This document shows, piece after piece, positions 36,965 through 49,611 of a DNA stretch of 64,000 nucleotides. Numbering within the stretch: the stretch's first letter is position 1; every line of letters starts with the position of its first letter. The DNA comes from Dehalococcoidia bacterium (GTDB taxonomy: Bacteria > Chloroflexota > Dehalococcoidia > UBA2979). The translations under genes and the position numbers were made by a program. The notes under the pieces are model-generated. The model did not search any database. It had not been told where the DNA came from and worked only from the letters and a program-made list of their open reading frames with translations. The stretch lies in the NCBI GenBank assembly GCA_009379925.1, contig WHSU01000015.1, positions 3,446 through 67,445 on the forward strand, given 5' to 3'.

Positions 36965-37999
36965 CTACAGGGGATCGCCGATTAGCGACTCTTCCTCCGT
37001 CGGCAGCGAGCGCGAGATCACCTCGACGTAGTCGAGGGCTGCGCCGGCGCCTTTCGCCACGCAGCGGAGCGGATCCTCCGCGACGTGGACCGGGACGCCC
37101 GTCTCGTGTAGCAGCAGGTCGTCCAGGTGCCGCAGCATCGCGCCGCCGCCTGTGAGCACGATCCCGCGGTCGATGACGTCCGAGGCCAGCTCGGGCGGTG
37201 TGCGCTCCAGCACATGGCGCACCGTCGCGACGACCGCCGCCAGGTGCTCCTGGATCGCCTGGGTCACCTCGGAGGCGCGCACGGTGATGGTGCGCGGCAG
37301 TCCCGTGATCTGGTCGCGGCCACGGACGCCGGCGCTCAGCTCCTCCTCGAGCGGTAGCGCCGAGCCGATGGCAATCTTCAGCTCTTCGGCCGTCCGCTCA
37401 CCGACGACGAGGTTGTGACGGCGCTTGATGTACTGCACGATCGCGTCGTCCAGCCGGTCGCCCGCCACGCGGACCGACTCGCTGGCGACGATCCCGAACA
37501 TCGAGATCACCGCTGCCTCCGTCCGGCCACCGCCGATGTCGACGACCATGTGGCCGCGAGGGGAGCCGACGGGGATCTCCGCGCCGATCGCGGCCGCGAG
37601 GGGTTCCGGGATGAGGTGCGCGGGGCGGCGCGCCCCGGCGGCCTCCGCGGCATCACGCACGGCGCGCTGCTCGACGCTGGTGACGCCCACCGGGACGCAG
37701 ATCATCACCTCCGGTCGCACCAGGCTCATGCGGCCGATCACGCGGCCGATGAAGTAGCGGAGCATGGCCTCCGTGATCAGGTAGTCCGCGATCACCCCGT
37801 CACGCATCGGCCGGATGACCTGGATGCTCCCCGGATGGCGGCCGATCATCGCGTGCGCGTCGTCACCAACGGCGACGACGGTGTTGTCCCGCTCAGTCAG
37901 TGCGACGACCGCGGGCTCATCGAGCACGATGCCCTTGCCGCGCTCGTAGACGAGGACGTTCGCCGTCCCCAGGTCGATGCCGATGCGCTTGCTGAACAC
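36965..37999 (-). CDS. mreB: Rod shape-determining protein MreB/Mbl
   Basis: [42 protein letters not shown]. Confidence 0.96.
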   Translation of the reverse strand: MFSKRIGIDLGTANVLVYERGKGIVLDEPAVVALTERDNTVVAVGDDAHAMIGRHPGSIQVIRPMRDGVIADYLITEAMLRYFIGRVIGRMSLVRPEVMICVPVGVTSVEQRAVRDAAEAAGARRPAHLIPEPLAAAIGAEIPVGSPRGHMVVDIGGGRTEAAVISMFGIVASESVRVAGDRLDDAIVQYIKRRHNLVVGERTAEELKIAIGSALPLEEELSAGVRGRDQITGLPRTITVRASEVTQAIQEHLAAVVATVRHVLERTPPELASDVIDRGIVLTGGGAMLRHLDDLLLHETGVPVHVAEDPLRCVAKGAGAALDYVEVISRSLPTEEESLIGDPL

Positions 38000-38204
38000 G
38001 GCTATGGGCTCCCGCCCGCTCGGACGCTACGAGGCAAAGCGACATGCCTCCTCGGGCGGGCCGGGAGACGCAGACGGCTGCGCTCGCCGGCCGGAGGTCG
38101 GTTGTTGATAAGGCGAAGCCCGCCGCAGAGCGCACGCAGGGTACCGCCCCAGCCTCTCGACTGCCACGAGCGCAGCGGACCGTCAGGTGGGCGAAGACCG
38201 AGGG

Positions 38205-39461
38205 CTACGGCAGCCGCTCCACCTCAGCGCCCAGCGAGGCGAGCCGGGCCTCCAGGTGGGCGTAGCCACGGTCGAGGTGGTCGATGTCGTGGATGGTGGT
38301 CTGACCCTCGGCGGCGAGCCCGGCGACGACCAGTGACGCGCCCGCGCGGATGTCGAGGGCGCGCACGTGCGCGCCGAAGAGCGGTGTGGAGCCCTCGATG
38401 ATCACGGACTCACCCCCGGTGATGATGCGGGCGCCCAGCTTGCGCAGTTCGCTGATGTACAGCGTGCGGTTGTCGTAGACGCGTTCGTGGACCAGCGAAA
38501 CACCCGACGCCTGCGTCAGCGCCGCCGCCATCTGGGGATGCAGGTCGGTCGGAAAACCGGGATAGGGGACGGCCTGCACCTGCAGGGCGCGCGGCGCCTC
38601 CACGCACGCCGCACGAATCCCCAGACCGTCGCCGGTCTCGACGCGCATGCCCAGCTCGCGGAGCTTCGAGATCACGCTGTCCATATGGCCAGGAACGGCG
38701 TTGGTCACGCCGACGTCGCCGCGTGTAGCGGCCCCCGCGAGCAGATAGGTCCCCGCCTCCAGGCGGTCCGCGATCACCTCGAAGTCGGCGCCGTGCAGTC
38801 GCGCGACGCCCTCCACCTCCAGCATCGGCGTCCCGTGACCACTGATGCGCGCTCCCATCTGGGCGAGCAGGGCGGCGGCCATAGCCACCTCCGGCTCGGG
38901 CGCGGCGTTCACGATGGTCGTGTGCCCCTCGGCGAGCACGGCGGCGAAGAGCACGTTTACGGTGCCGAGCACGCTGGGGTAGTCGAAGAAGATGCGCGCG
39001 CCGCGCAGCGGCCGGGCGGCGGCGTGCCAGTTCGCGCCTCGACGCCCCACCTCCGCGCCCAGCGCGCGGAACCCAGCGAAATGTACATCGAGGGGGCGAG
39101 AGCCGATCACGTCGCCGCCGGGCGCGGCGCACTCCGCCTCGCCCGTGCGCCCCAGCAGCGGTCCCATCACCAGGAACGAGGCGCGCAGCTTCGTCACGAG
39201 GTCGTCGGGCGCCTGGCTGGAGGTCAGCTCGGCAGCCTGCACATCGACGCGCTCCCCGTCGATGACCACCTCGGCGCCCAGGGCGCGCAGAATCTCCGCC
39301 ATCTCACCGATATCGGCGATCTCCGGGACGTTGCGCAGCGTGACGGGGTCCGCGGTCAGGAGCGCGGCAGCGAGGGCGTAGAGGGCGGCGTTCTTCGAGC
39401 CGGAGACGGCCACCTCGCCTCGCAGCGGACGCCCGCCGTGGATGACGTATCGCCCGTCCAT
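38205..39461 (-). CDS. murA: UDP-N-acetylglucosamine 1-carboxyvinyltransferase (Asp-type active site)
   Basis: SGSKNAAL, LRAS, PGGDVIGSRP, DRLEAGT, PYPGFPTD, DIRAG, DRGY. Confidence 0.96.
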   Translation of the reverse strand: MDGRYVIHGGRPLRGEVAVSGSKNAALYALAAALLTADPVTLRNVPEIADIGEMAEILRALGAEVVIDGERVDVQAAELTSSQAPDDLVTKLRASFLVMGPLLGRTGEAECAAPGGDVIGSRPLDVHFAGFRALGAEVGRRGANWHAAARPLRGARIFFDYPSVLGTVNVLFAAVLAEGHTTIVNAAPEPEVAMAAALLAQMGARISGHGTPMLEVEGVARLHGADFEVIADRLEAGTYLLAGAATRGDVGVTNAVPGHMDSVISKLRELGMRVETGDGLGIRAACVEAPRALQVQAVPYPGFPTDLHPQMAAALTQASGVSLVHERVYDNRTLYISELRKLGARIITGGESVIIEGSTPLFGAHVRALDIRAGASLVVAGLAAEGQTTIHDIDHLDRGYAHLEARLASLGAEVERLP

Positions 39462-40192
39462 GCCGCCTCCTCATCCCGCAGCCAGCATAAGAGGAGCGCG
39501 TGGGGCGGGCGAGGCCGACCGGTTCTTCTGAAGAGCATGTCGTCTACGGGGTGGCGGGGTGCCAGCTCGGTGCGCGACTCGACCCGGTGGCGTACCGGAT
39601 TGCCGGAAGAGGGACGTGCGGAACTCACCGTCGCTCGATCAGAGAGCCCCACTCGCTCGATCAGAGAGCCCCACTCGCTCCAGCTCACCCCGTAGACGAC
39701 CTCATCCACCTGCATCCCGTCGCGCCCTTCGTGGCCGGCCCTAATGCCCTCCCGTTGCATCCCCAGCTTCTCCATCACCCGCTGGGAGCGGGCATGGCGA
39801 AGGCCAGTGGACGCCCAGACACGCTCAAGGTTGAACTGACGGAAGCCCCAATCGACCACCTCCCGCGCGGCCTCGGGAGCGATGCCGAGTCCCCAATGGG
39901 CTCGCGCGATGGCGTATCCGAGCATTGCCGCTCGATCGCCTGGCTCTACTTCGAGATTGACTGTCCCGATTACCCTCCCTCCGAAAACGACTGCGAAAGT
40001 CGGATATCGATCCCAAGGCTCCGCCATGTTCGTCGCGACGAAGCGCTCCGCATCCTCGTGCGAGAACGGCTGCGGGATATGAGGTAGTAACCGCGCGAAC
40101 TCTTCATCGTTCCGGTACGCGAGGGAGTCCTCGATGTCACCAGGCTCGAATGGCCTCAGCAGTAGACGTTCGGTGTGGAGGGCGGCTGGCAT
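39356..40192 (-). CDS. RimJ/RimL-type GNAT acetyltransferase; C-terminus extended by a 22-bp duplication (ancestral stop at 39625-39627)
   Basis: LHTERLLLRPF, LGYAIARAHWGLGIAPEA, SQRVMEKLGMQREG; lower GC than the flanks. Confidence 0.85.
   Translation of the reverse strand: MPAALHTERLLLRPFEPGDIEDSLAYRNDEEFARLLPHIPQPFSHEDAERFVATNMAEPWDRYPTFAVVFGGRVIGTVNLEVEPGDRAAMLGYAIARAHWGLGIAPEAAREVVDWGFRQFNLERVWASTGLRHARSQRVMEKLGMQREGIRAGHEGRDGMQVDEVVYGVSWSEWGSLIERVGLSDRATVSSARPSSGNPVRHRVESRTELAPRHPVDDMLFRRTGRPRPPHALLLCWLRDEEAAWTGDTSSTAGVRCEARWPSPARRTPPSTPSLPRS
39631..39680. repeat. 22-bp tandem duplication (about 2.3 copies)
   Basis: tcgctcgatcagagagccccac twice, then tcgctc. Confidence 0.95.
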
Positions 40193-40303
40193 CAATCACG
40201 AACCTACAACAAGCAAGGTGGCATCGTCGCCAGCCCCCACGTTCCATGCTCGAACGGCGACCTGGGCGGCGCACATCGGGGGCGTGCGTTAGCATCGCGC
40301 CCC

Positions 40304-40962
40304 ATGCGCGAGCTACGGGCTGGCCTCTGGTACTGGCAGGCGCCGCACCCGGACTGGACGCCGGGCGAGCGATGGCCGCGGGAGGTGTCGTCGTACGCGA
40401 TCGACGACGGCGCCCGTCTGCTCCTGTTTGACCCGCTGGCCGTGCCGAACGAGATCCTCCAACTCGCGGGCGACCGCGAAGCGGTGGTGGTGCTCACCGC
40501 GCCGTGGCACGAACGCGACACACAGAGCCTGGTCGAGCGCCTCAGCATACGTGTGTTCACGCCACCGCCCGACACCGCCGACGCCCTCATCCAGAAGTAC
40601 GGCATTACACCCGACGAGGTTGCCCGCGGCAGCCCCGACCTCGCCTGGCTGCTCGCGGGGGACCGCGGCGACGCCCACCTCTACTCGGCGGGCGACCGGC
40701 TGCCGATGGGAGTCGATGCGTTCCTCGGAAGAGAGCACAACGACCTCGTGCTCTGGATCGAGCGCATCGGAGCGGTAATCCCCGGCGACACCCTGGTCGA
40801 CTTCGGACGGGGTCTGGAGATCACCAGTGGCTGCGAGGGGGCGTGACGCGCGAGGAGGTCGTGGAGCGGCTACAGCCCCTCCTCGAACGGCCGGTCGAGG
40901 TCGTGCTCCCGACACACGGAGCACCGACAGACCGTGCCGCGCTCGAGCGCGCGCTCTCCTGA
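40304..40962 (+). pseudogene. MBL-fold-like protein split by a 1-bp frameshift near 40823
   Basis: One frame reads MRELRAGLWYW...LTAPWHERD...GDTLVDFGRGLEI; the protein continues in another frame as QWLRGGVTREEV...VLPTHGAP...ALS*. Could be a sequencing indel. Confidence 0.7.
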
Positions 40963-40977
40963 CGACCAATAGACGAA

Positions 40978-40997
40978 GCCCCGCCGGTTGGCGGGGC
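40978..40997 (-). terminator. Intrinsic terminator of the atp operon
   Basis: GCCCCGCC-N4-GGCGGGGC followed by TTCGTCTATT on the minus strand, about 35 nt after the atpC stop. Confidence 0.65.
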
Positions 40998-41031
40998 CAT
41001 CCTCGTGCTTCGGCAGGCGTCCGGGCCTCGG

Positions 41032-41472
41032 TCAGCGCGAAGCCGGCACTCCGGTGCCGCGGCGGCGGCGGACGACGCGCAGGCGCAGCAGCGAGCGCTG
41101 GAGGGCTGCCTGTGCCCTCAGCAGGTCGATGGCCTCGCCCGTGTCCGCCGCGCGCTCCGTCAGGTGCCGCTCGGCGCGGGTGCGCGCCTCGTCTGCCCGC
41201 GTCTCATCGATGTCAGACGCGCGCTCGGCGGCGTCCGCGAGGACGCTGACCTCGTCGTCGACGACCTGGATGAAGCCGCCATGCACCGCGATCGGGTCCG
41301 GGCCGGCGGGCGTGTATACGACCATCTCGCCGATCGAGAGGCTCGCCATCAATGGCGCGTGGCTCGGCAAGATCGTGATCTGCCCCTCGGTGGTGGGGAC
41401 CACGAGGCGTGTGACGTCGTCTTGCTCCAGGACCGTGCGGTCCTGCGTAACGATCGAGAGACGCAGCGGCAC
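41032..41472 (-). CDS. atpC: ATP synthase F1 epsilon
   Basis: GQITILPSHAPL, GGFIQV, VLADAAE, ID..RA. Confidence 0.95.
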   Translation of the reverse strand: MPLRLSIVTQDRTVLEQDDVTRLVVPTTEGQITILPSHAPLMASLSIGEMVVYTPAGPDPIAVHGGFIQVVDDEVSVLADAAERASDIDETRADEARTRAERHLTERAADTGEAIDLLRAQAALQRSLLRLRVVRRRRGTGVPASR

Positions 41473-41476
41473 CGAC

Positions 41477-43865
<2,389 letters not shown>

Positions 43866-43929
43866 CGCTCCCTCGTTCCCGCTCTACGCTGCCTGTTAGG
43901 TGTCCCGCTGCTCGATGCCCGCGTGGCGC

Positions 43930-45459
43930 TTAGTAGGCGACGCTGCCTTTGAACTCCTCGATGGCCGCCTGCAACTGCTGCTCGGTCTCATCGGAGAGCT
44001 GCCCGGTGTCCTGGATGGCGCTGACGATTTCCGGGTGACTGGCCCCGAGGAACTCGTGGAACGCCTTCTCGAAGTCGGCGATCTTCTCCACGGGCACGTC
44101 GTCCAGCAGGCCGCGCACACCGGCGAACAGGATCGACACCTGCTGCGCCAGGGTCTGCGGCTGGTATTGGGGCTGCTTTAGCAGCTCGGTCAGGCGCTGG
44201 CCTCGGAGCAGCTGCCGCCGCGTCGAGGGGTCCAGGTCTTCCGTGCCGAACTGCGCGAACGCCTGCAACTCCCGGAACTGCGAGAGGTCGAGGCGGAGCG
44301 TGCCCGCCACCTTCTTCATCGCGCTGGTCTGCGCCTTGCCGCCCACCCGCGACACTGAGATGCCGGGGTTGGTGGCGGGACGCTGTCCGGAGTTGAAGAG
44401 GTCCAGCTCCAGAAAGATCTGCCCGTCCGTGATCGAGATCACGTTCGTGGGGATGTACGCCGACACGTCGCCGGCCTGCGTCTCGATGATCGGCAGGGCC
44501 GTGATCGAGCCACCCCCGTACTCCTCCGTCACGCGCGCGGCGCGCTCCAGGAGGCGCGAGTGCAGGTAGAAGACGTCACCCGGGTACGCTTCGCGGCCGG
44601 GCGGGCGGCGCAGCAGCAGCGACACCTGGCGGTAGGCCCAGGCGTGCTTCGAGAGGTCGTCGTAGACGATGAGGACGTCACGGCCCTTGGCCATGTAGTA
44701 CTCGGCCATCGCGCAGCCGGCGTACGGCGCCAGGTACTGGAGGGCGGCCGACTCGGCCGCGGAGGCGCTGACGATGATCGTGTGGTCGAGCGCGCCCTCC
44801 TGCTCGAAGATCGCGGCGGTCTGGGCGACCTTCGCGTCCTTCTGGCCGATCGCGACGTAGACGCAGATCACGTCGCTGTTGCGCTGGTTGATGATCGCGT
44901 CGATGGCGATCGCGCTCTTCCCGGTGGACCGGTCACCGATGATCAGTTCCCGCTGGCCCCGGCCGAGCGGGATCATGGCGTCGATGGCCTTGATCCCTGT
45001 CTGCAGCGGCTGGTTGACCTCCACGCGGCTCACCACGTCCGGGGCGATGCGCTCCACCGGGTAGACCTCGCTGGTGGTGATCGGTCCGCGCTCATCGATG
45101 GGGTCACCGAGGGCGTTCACCACGCGCCCCAGCAGCGCCTCGCCCACGGGCACGGAAGCGACCAGTCCGGTCGTGCGGACCTCGTCGCCTTCCTTCACCT
45201 TCGAGTAGTCGCCCAGGATGATCGTGCCGACGGTCTCCTCTTCGAGGTTCAGCGCCAGCCCACGGATGGGGCGGCCCTGGTCGTCCTGCACGCTGAACTC
45301 GACCAGCTCAGAGGTGAGGCACTGCCCCATCCCGTGGATGCGGGCGATACCGTCGCCCGCCTCGACCACCGTGCCGACGTTCGTCTGCGTCGCCGTGGCG
45401 TCGAAGTGCTCGATCTGCTCCCTGAGGATGGAGGCGATCTCTTCTGCTCGTACGGCCAT
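43930..45459 (-). CDS. atpA: ATP synthase F1 alpha
   Basis: [48 protein letters not shown]. Confidence 0.98.
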   Translation of the reverse strand: MAVRAEEIASILREQIEHFDATATQTNVGTVVEAGDGIARIHGMGQCLTSELVEFSVQDDQGRPIRGLALNLEEETVGTIILGDYSKVKEGDEVRTTGLVASVPVGEALLGRVVNALGDPIDERGPITTSEVYPVERIAPDVVSRVEVNQPLQTGIKAIDAMIPLGRGQRELIIGDRSTGKSAIAIDAIINQRNSDVICVYVAIGQKDAKVAQTAAIFEQEGALDHTIIVSASAAESAALQYLAPYAGCAMAEYYMAKGRDVLIVYDDLSKHAWAYRQVSLLLRRPPGREAYPGDVFYLHSRLLERAARVTEEYGGGSITALPIIETQAGDVSAYIPTNVISITDGQIFLELDLFNSGQRPATNPGISVSRVGGKAQTSAMKKVAGTLRLDLSQFRELQAFAQFGTEDLDPSTRRQLLRGQRLTELLKQPQYQPQTLAQQVSILFAGVRGLLDDVPVEKIADFEKAFHEFLGASHPEIVSAIQDTGQLSDETEQQLQAAIEEFKGSVAY

Positions 45460-45556
45460 CGCGGTTCCCTCGATGATCTTCACCGCGCTCGGGGCGCGGG
45501 CTCGCCGCGCGGCCGAGGCCCGGGAGGCCCCCGCCGCGGTTGGTTCTCTCGCCGCG

Positions 45557-46108
45557 CTAGAGCGCGGCCCGTTCCAGCCGGTTCCGCAACATGCGGAGCC
45601 GCGTCCGGGTGGACCCGTCCAGCAACTGGTCGCCGATGCGTACGACCATGCCGCCCAGGATCTCCGGGTCCACCTGGCTGTCGACCTCGATCTGCTTGCC
45701 GGTCCGCTGCGAGAGCAGTTGCGCGATCTGCTCGCGCCGCGCGTCATCGATCTCGACGGCGGTGGTCACGGTCGCTCGCCCGACGCCTCGTTGCTCGTCC
45801 ACCAGCTCGCGGAAGAACGAGGCGATGGAGGGGCCCAGCTCCAGCCGGCTCTTCGAACGCAGCAGCCGGAACAGGTTGAGCTGCTTCTCGCCGATCCCGG
45901 GTTGGACCCGGCAGACGATCGACTGGAACTGCTCGTCCGTCAGACCGTCCGCCTGCAATGCCGCGACGTACGCCGGTAGCGCTGTCAGCGCCTCCAGCGA
46001 CTGTGCGGCCTCGGCCCACTCGTCGAGCGCGCCGTCGGCCCGCGCTATGTCGAGCATCGCAAGGGCATAGCGTCGTCCGGCGATCTCGCGGGTCCCGGCC
46101 ACGGTCAC
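45557..46108 (-). CDS. atpH: ATP synthase F1 delta
   Basis: [14 protein letters not shown]...IGDQLLDGS. Confidence 0.95.
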   Translation of the reverse strand: MTVAGTREIAGRRYALAMLDIARADGALDEWAEAAQSLEALTALPAYVAALQADGLTDEQFQSIVCRVQPGIGEKQLNLFRLLRSKSRLELGPSIASFFRELVDEQRGVGRATVTTAVEIDDARREQIAQLLSQRTGKQIEVDSQVDPEILGGMVVRIGDQLLDGSTRTRLRMLRNRLERAAL

Positions 46109-46147
46109 TCCTCCTGCACCCTCTGGTCTTGCACCCTTTGGGGCACG

Positions 46148-46786
46148 CTAGTTGCGGGTTGCGCCGTCCGCGCCGAAGTCGCTGCTGACCAGCACCTCGT
46201 CGATCAAGCGTTGATGCGCGGGACGGTCCAGCGACTGGCCCACCACGCGCTCGGCGGCGATGATCGTCAGGTCCGCGAACTCGCTGCGCAGTTGCTGGAT
46301 GGCCTGCTGCCGCTCCAGCGCGATCTCCTCGCGGGCGCGCGCCACGAGCTGGCTGGCCTCGGCCCGTGCCTGCGCCTCCAGCTCCTCGCGCAGCCGCGCC
46401 GCGGTCTCCTGCGAGCGCTGGACCATCTCGCGGCCCTCGGCCCGTGCCTGCTCGATGGCGCGGCGCGCCTCTTCCTCGCTCGCCTGGGCGGCGGTGGCCG
46501 CCTGTTCCGAGCGGGCCAGGCCTTCCTCGATGCGCTTCTTGCGCTCGTCGAGGAGGCGGAGGATCGGGTTCCACAGGAAGAGCCGCAAGAGCACCAGCAG
46601 GATGGTGAAGTTGATCAACTGCGCCACCAGGCCCGGCAAGCTGAAGCCGAGCGCGGCAATGCCGCCGCTCTCTTCCTCCTGGGCGCCCACCACGGCGGGC
46701 ATGGCCGCCAGCGCGAGGCCGACCAGCACCGCACCGGTACGCGGTGAGCGTGCCACGCCACGCAGGCGACGGAGATGATGCGTCAT
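46148..46786 (-). CDS. atpF: ATP synthase Fo subunit b with signal-peptide-like leader
   Basis: QLINFTILL...W.PI..LLDERK..I; ATG at 46786 follows GGAGGAG. Confidence 0.95.
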   Translation of the reverse strand: MTHHLRRLRGVARSPRTGAVLVGLALAAMPAVVGAQEEESGGIAALGFSLPGLVAQLINFTILLVLLRLFLWNPILRLLDERKKRIEEGLARSEQAATAAQASEEEARRAIEQARAEGREMVQRSQETAARLREELEAQARAEASQLVARAREEIALERQQAIQQLRSEFADLTIIAAERVVGQSLDRPAHQRLIDEVLVSSDFGADGATRN

Positions 46787-46837
46787 CTCTGCTCCTCCGA
46801 CCGTTCCGGCCACCGACCTCGGCGGCCGTCCGGCTAC

Positions 46838-46870
46838 CGAGGCGCCCCGTACATCAGACGGGGCGCCTCG
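46838..46870 (-). other. 13-bp stem-loop between atpE and atpF
   Basis: CGAGGCGCCCCGT-N7-ACGGGGCGCCTCG. Confidence 0.7.
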
Positions 46871-46878
46871 TAGGTGTC

Positions 46879-47274
<396 letters not shown>

Positions 47275-47293
47275 TCATCCCCCATGTTGACTA

Positions 47294-48328
47294 TTAGTGA
47301 CCTTCCGCCGCGGCCGTGTGCGCCGCGCCGTGCTCCTCGCCATGACTGTCGTCGCCTCCGTGATGCGAGACCGCGGTCTGCGCAAAGACGAGGGTCAGCA
47401 TGGCAAAGACGAACGCCTGGATGAGCCCCACGAAGAGCTCCAGGCCGTAGAAGACATTCACCAGCACGAACGGCACCAGGAACGTCATCATCAACAGCAG
47501 GACTTCGCCCGCAAAGATGTTGCCAAACAGACGGAACGTGAACGAGATGATGCGCGAAAGCTCCGACACCAGTTCCAGCAGCCCCACGAAGGCATCGATG
47601 ATGCCCATGGGATTGCCCCTCAACAGCCGCCCGAAGGAAAAGAACTTGCCCAGGTAGCCGATCCCCAGCGTCGACAGCCCCCAGTACTCCACGAAGATGA
47701 ACGAGAAGATGGCGATCGCCAGCGGCGCATTCACATCGGTCATTACGGAGCGCAGATAGGGCGCCAGGATGCCGCTGAACGTGCCGTCCTCGTCCAGCGT
47801 CGGGGTCTCGCCCTCCTCGAAGTGGTGGGCGTCCGCCTCGTCGACGGTGTCGGGCGTGAAGGGGATGTAGGCGACGTCGGCGCCCGCCAGGTTCGTCTGC
47901 TGGAAGACCGCTTGCGTCGCGCCGTGACCGGGCTCCGTCACGCCGATGACGGCGTTGACGGGCAGGAGGCCCGCGTAGTTGGAGATGAGGATGAAGAAGA
48001 AGATCGTGGCAACCAGCGGGAAGAAGCGCCGGCCGTTCTTCTCGCCCGCGACCTGCACCACGATGCCGTAAAAGGCGACGACGGCCGCCTCGACGGCCCC
48101 GCTGAAGCCGGACGGCACCAGGCTCAGGTTACGGCCGACGAAGAAGCCGAGGAGCAGGAGGAAGCCCACGACCAGCCACGACGTGAACATCGTGTTCGTC
48201 ACGTCCAGCGGGCCCCAGTGGAAGACGGCCTCCGGGGCGACGATGATTGCCGGAGGCGGACCACCGACGAATACCATGCCCACGATCATGAAGGCCAGCA
48301 CACCGAGTCCGATGAGCAGCCAGCGCAT
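47294..48328 (-). CDS. atpB: ATP synthase Fo subunit a
   Basis: SNYAGLLP, ISFTFRLFGNIFAGE, ELFVGLIQAFVF..LT; His-rich tail. Confidence 0.96.
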   Translation of the reverse strand: MRWLLIGLGVLAFMIVGMVFVGGPPPAIIVAPEAVFHWGPLDVTNTMFTSWLVVGFLLLLGFFVGRNLSLVPSGFSGAVEAAVVAFYGIVVQVAGEKNGRRFFPLVATIFFFILISNYAGLLPVNAVIGVTEPGHGATQAVFQQTNLAGADVAYIPFTPDTVDEADAHHFEEGETPTLDEDGTFSGILAPYLRSVMTDVNAPLAIAIFSFIFVEYWGLSTLGIGYLGKFFSFGRLLRGNPMGIIDAFVGLLELVSELSRIISFTFRLFGNIFAGEVLLLMMTFLVPFVLVNVFYGLELFVGLIQAFVFAMLTLVFAQTAVSHHGGDDSHGEEHGAAHTAAAEGH

Positions 48329-48346
48329 GCGCCACCCTTCCGGTGG

Positions 48347-48559
48347 TTATCGTTCGCGTGTTCGCTCGAGCAGCTCTCGCAACTGCCGATAGGCGCCGTA
48401 CGACCCCGCCATCAGACCCAGCACCAGTCCGATGAGCGTCAGCACCGGCTCCGTGCCAAAACGCCCATCGAGGTAATGCCCGACGAGCGTGAGCCCCACG
48501 ATCGTGGTGGCGAGAAAACTCCCGATCCCGACCAGGCCGAATGCCGGCGAGTTCCACAT
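48347..48559 (-). CDS. AtpZ/AtpI-family small membrane protein
   Basis: GHYLDGRFGTEP...GLVLG; first gene of the atp operon. Confidence 0.85.
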   Translation of the reverse strand: MWNSPAFGLVGIGSFLATTIVGLTLVGHYLDGRFGTEPVLTLIGLVLGLMAGSYGAYRQLRELLERTRER

Positions 48560-48688
48560 GGCCGTGACCCTCCGGGATCGAGGCCAGCGGGACGGTAGCA
48601 CGCGCCGATCTGTGGATCAACCGCTTGTGAGCGCGTGCACGAATACCCCGCCGGCTGCCGCCCGACAGCGGCGGGACGCGATCCTTGG

Positions 48689-49222
48689 CTACTCTTCCTT
48701 CTTGCCGAGGCTGTCCAGGTCCAGCCCGGAGACAAAGTCGCGGAACGCCGCCAGCTTCTGCAGTTCTTCCTCGGTGACGGCGGCGGGCTGCTCCAGTTCG
48801 CCCTCCACGGGCTGGCCCTCGTCGTCCAGCACGATACCGGCGCGGTCCAACACTTCCTCGGCAACGAAGATCGGGACCTCCGCGCGGACCGCCAGCGCGA
48901 TAGCGTCTGAGGGACGCGAGTCGATCTCGATGGTGCGGCCGTCCTGCTCCACCTGGATACGCGCGAAGAAGGTGTCGTCCTTCAGGTCGTTGACGGAGAT
49001 CGACTTCACGACCCCGCCGAACTCCTTGATCATGTTGAACATCAGGTCGTGCGTCTGCGGCCGGGGGACGGAGACGTCCTGCAGGCGCAGCGCGATGGCG
49101 TCCGCCACATCCGCGCCGATCCAGATCGTCAGGTAGCGCTCAGCTTCCTTCTCACGCAGGACCACGACCCGTCGGTAATGGCGGAGTCCGACGCGGATGC
49201 TGTCGATGATGAGCTCGATCAC
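48689..49222 (-). CDS. Bifunctional nuclease family protein (DUF151)
   Basis: IWIG...AIA, RPQTHDL, FFARI, IDSRPSDAIALA. Confidence 0.93.
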   Translation of the reverse strand: MIELIIDSIRVGLRHYRRVVVLREKEAERYLTIWIGADVADAIALRLQDVSVPRPQTHDLMFNMIKEFGGVVKSISVNDLKDDTFFARIQVEQDGRTIEIDSRPSDAIALAVRAEVPIFVAEEVLDRAGIVLDDEGQPVEGELEQPAAVTEEELQKLAAFRDFVSGLDLDSLGKKEE

Positions 49223-49336
49223 AATGGTGCACCTCGGGCCCAGAGAGGGGCAGAACGTTCTGAGTCGAGTCTAGGAGCGCCCGTCTGGGACAGTCAACGA
49301 ATCGTCGAGGAGCCGGGAGGGAACACACGCCAATCG

Positions 49337-49603
49337 TCAGGGTTGTTCCTCGTCCTCCGCCGGCGCCTCGAACGGCTGCCCGAACAGCGCCTGCTCGATG
49401 GCGGAGTCCACCGGCGGGCCGCGTTCCACCAGTTCCTTCGCCCGCCGCGCCAGCACCGGCCGCTCCATGAGCACTCGACGCCCGCACGTGCGGCACCGCA
49501 GCCCGATGTCCGCGCCGACCCGGACGACGTCCCACTCGAGGCCGCCACAGGGGTGCTTCCGCCGCATGCGGAGCACGTCGCCCATCCGCAGGTCGAGGAC
49601 CAT
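49337..49603 (-). CDS. DUF951 family protein
   Basis: [13 protein letters not shown]...[18 protein letters not shown]. Confidence 0.92.
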   Translation of the reverse strand: MVLDLRMGDVLRMRRKHPCGGLEWDVVRVGADIGLRCRTCGRRVLMERPVLARRAKELVERGPPVDSAIEQALFGQPFEAPAEDEEQP

Positions 49604-49611
49604 CGGCGGTG

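Noticed and set aside
39631-39680. Possible CRISPR repeat
   Set aside because: The units are directly adjacent with no spacers, and there are no cas genes; it is a simple tandem duplication.
40196-40303. Integron attC site near the GNAT gene (GTTAGC)
   Set aside because: No complementary RYYYAAC/GTTRRRY pair with an attC-like stem, and no integrase.
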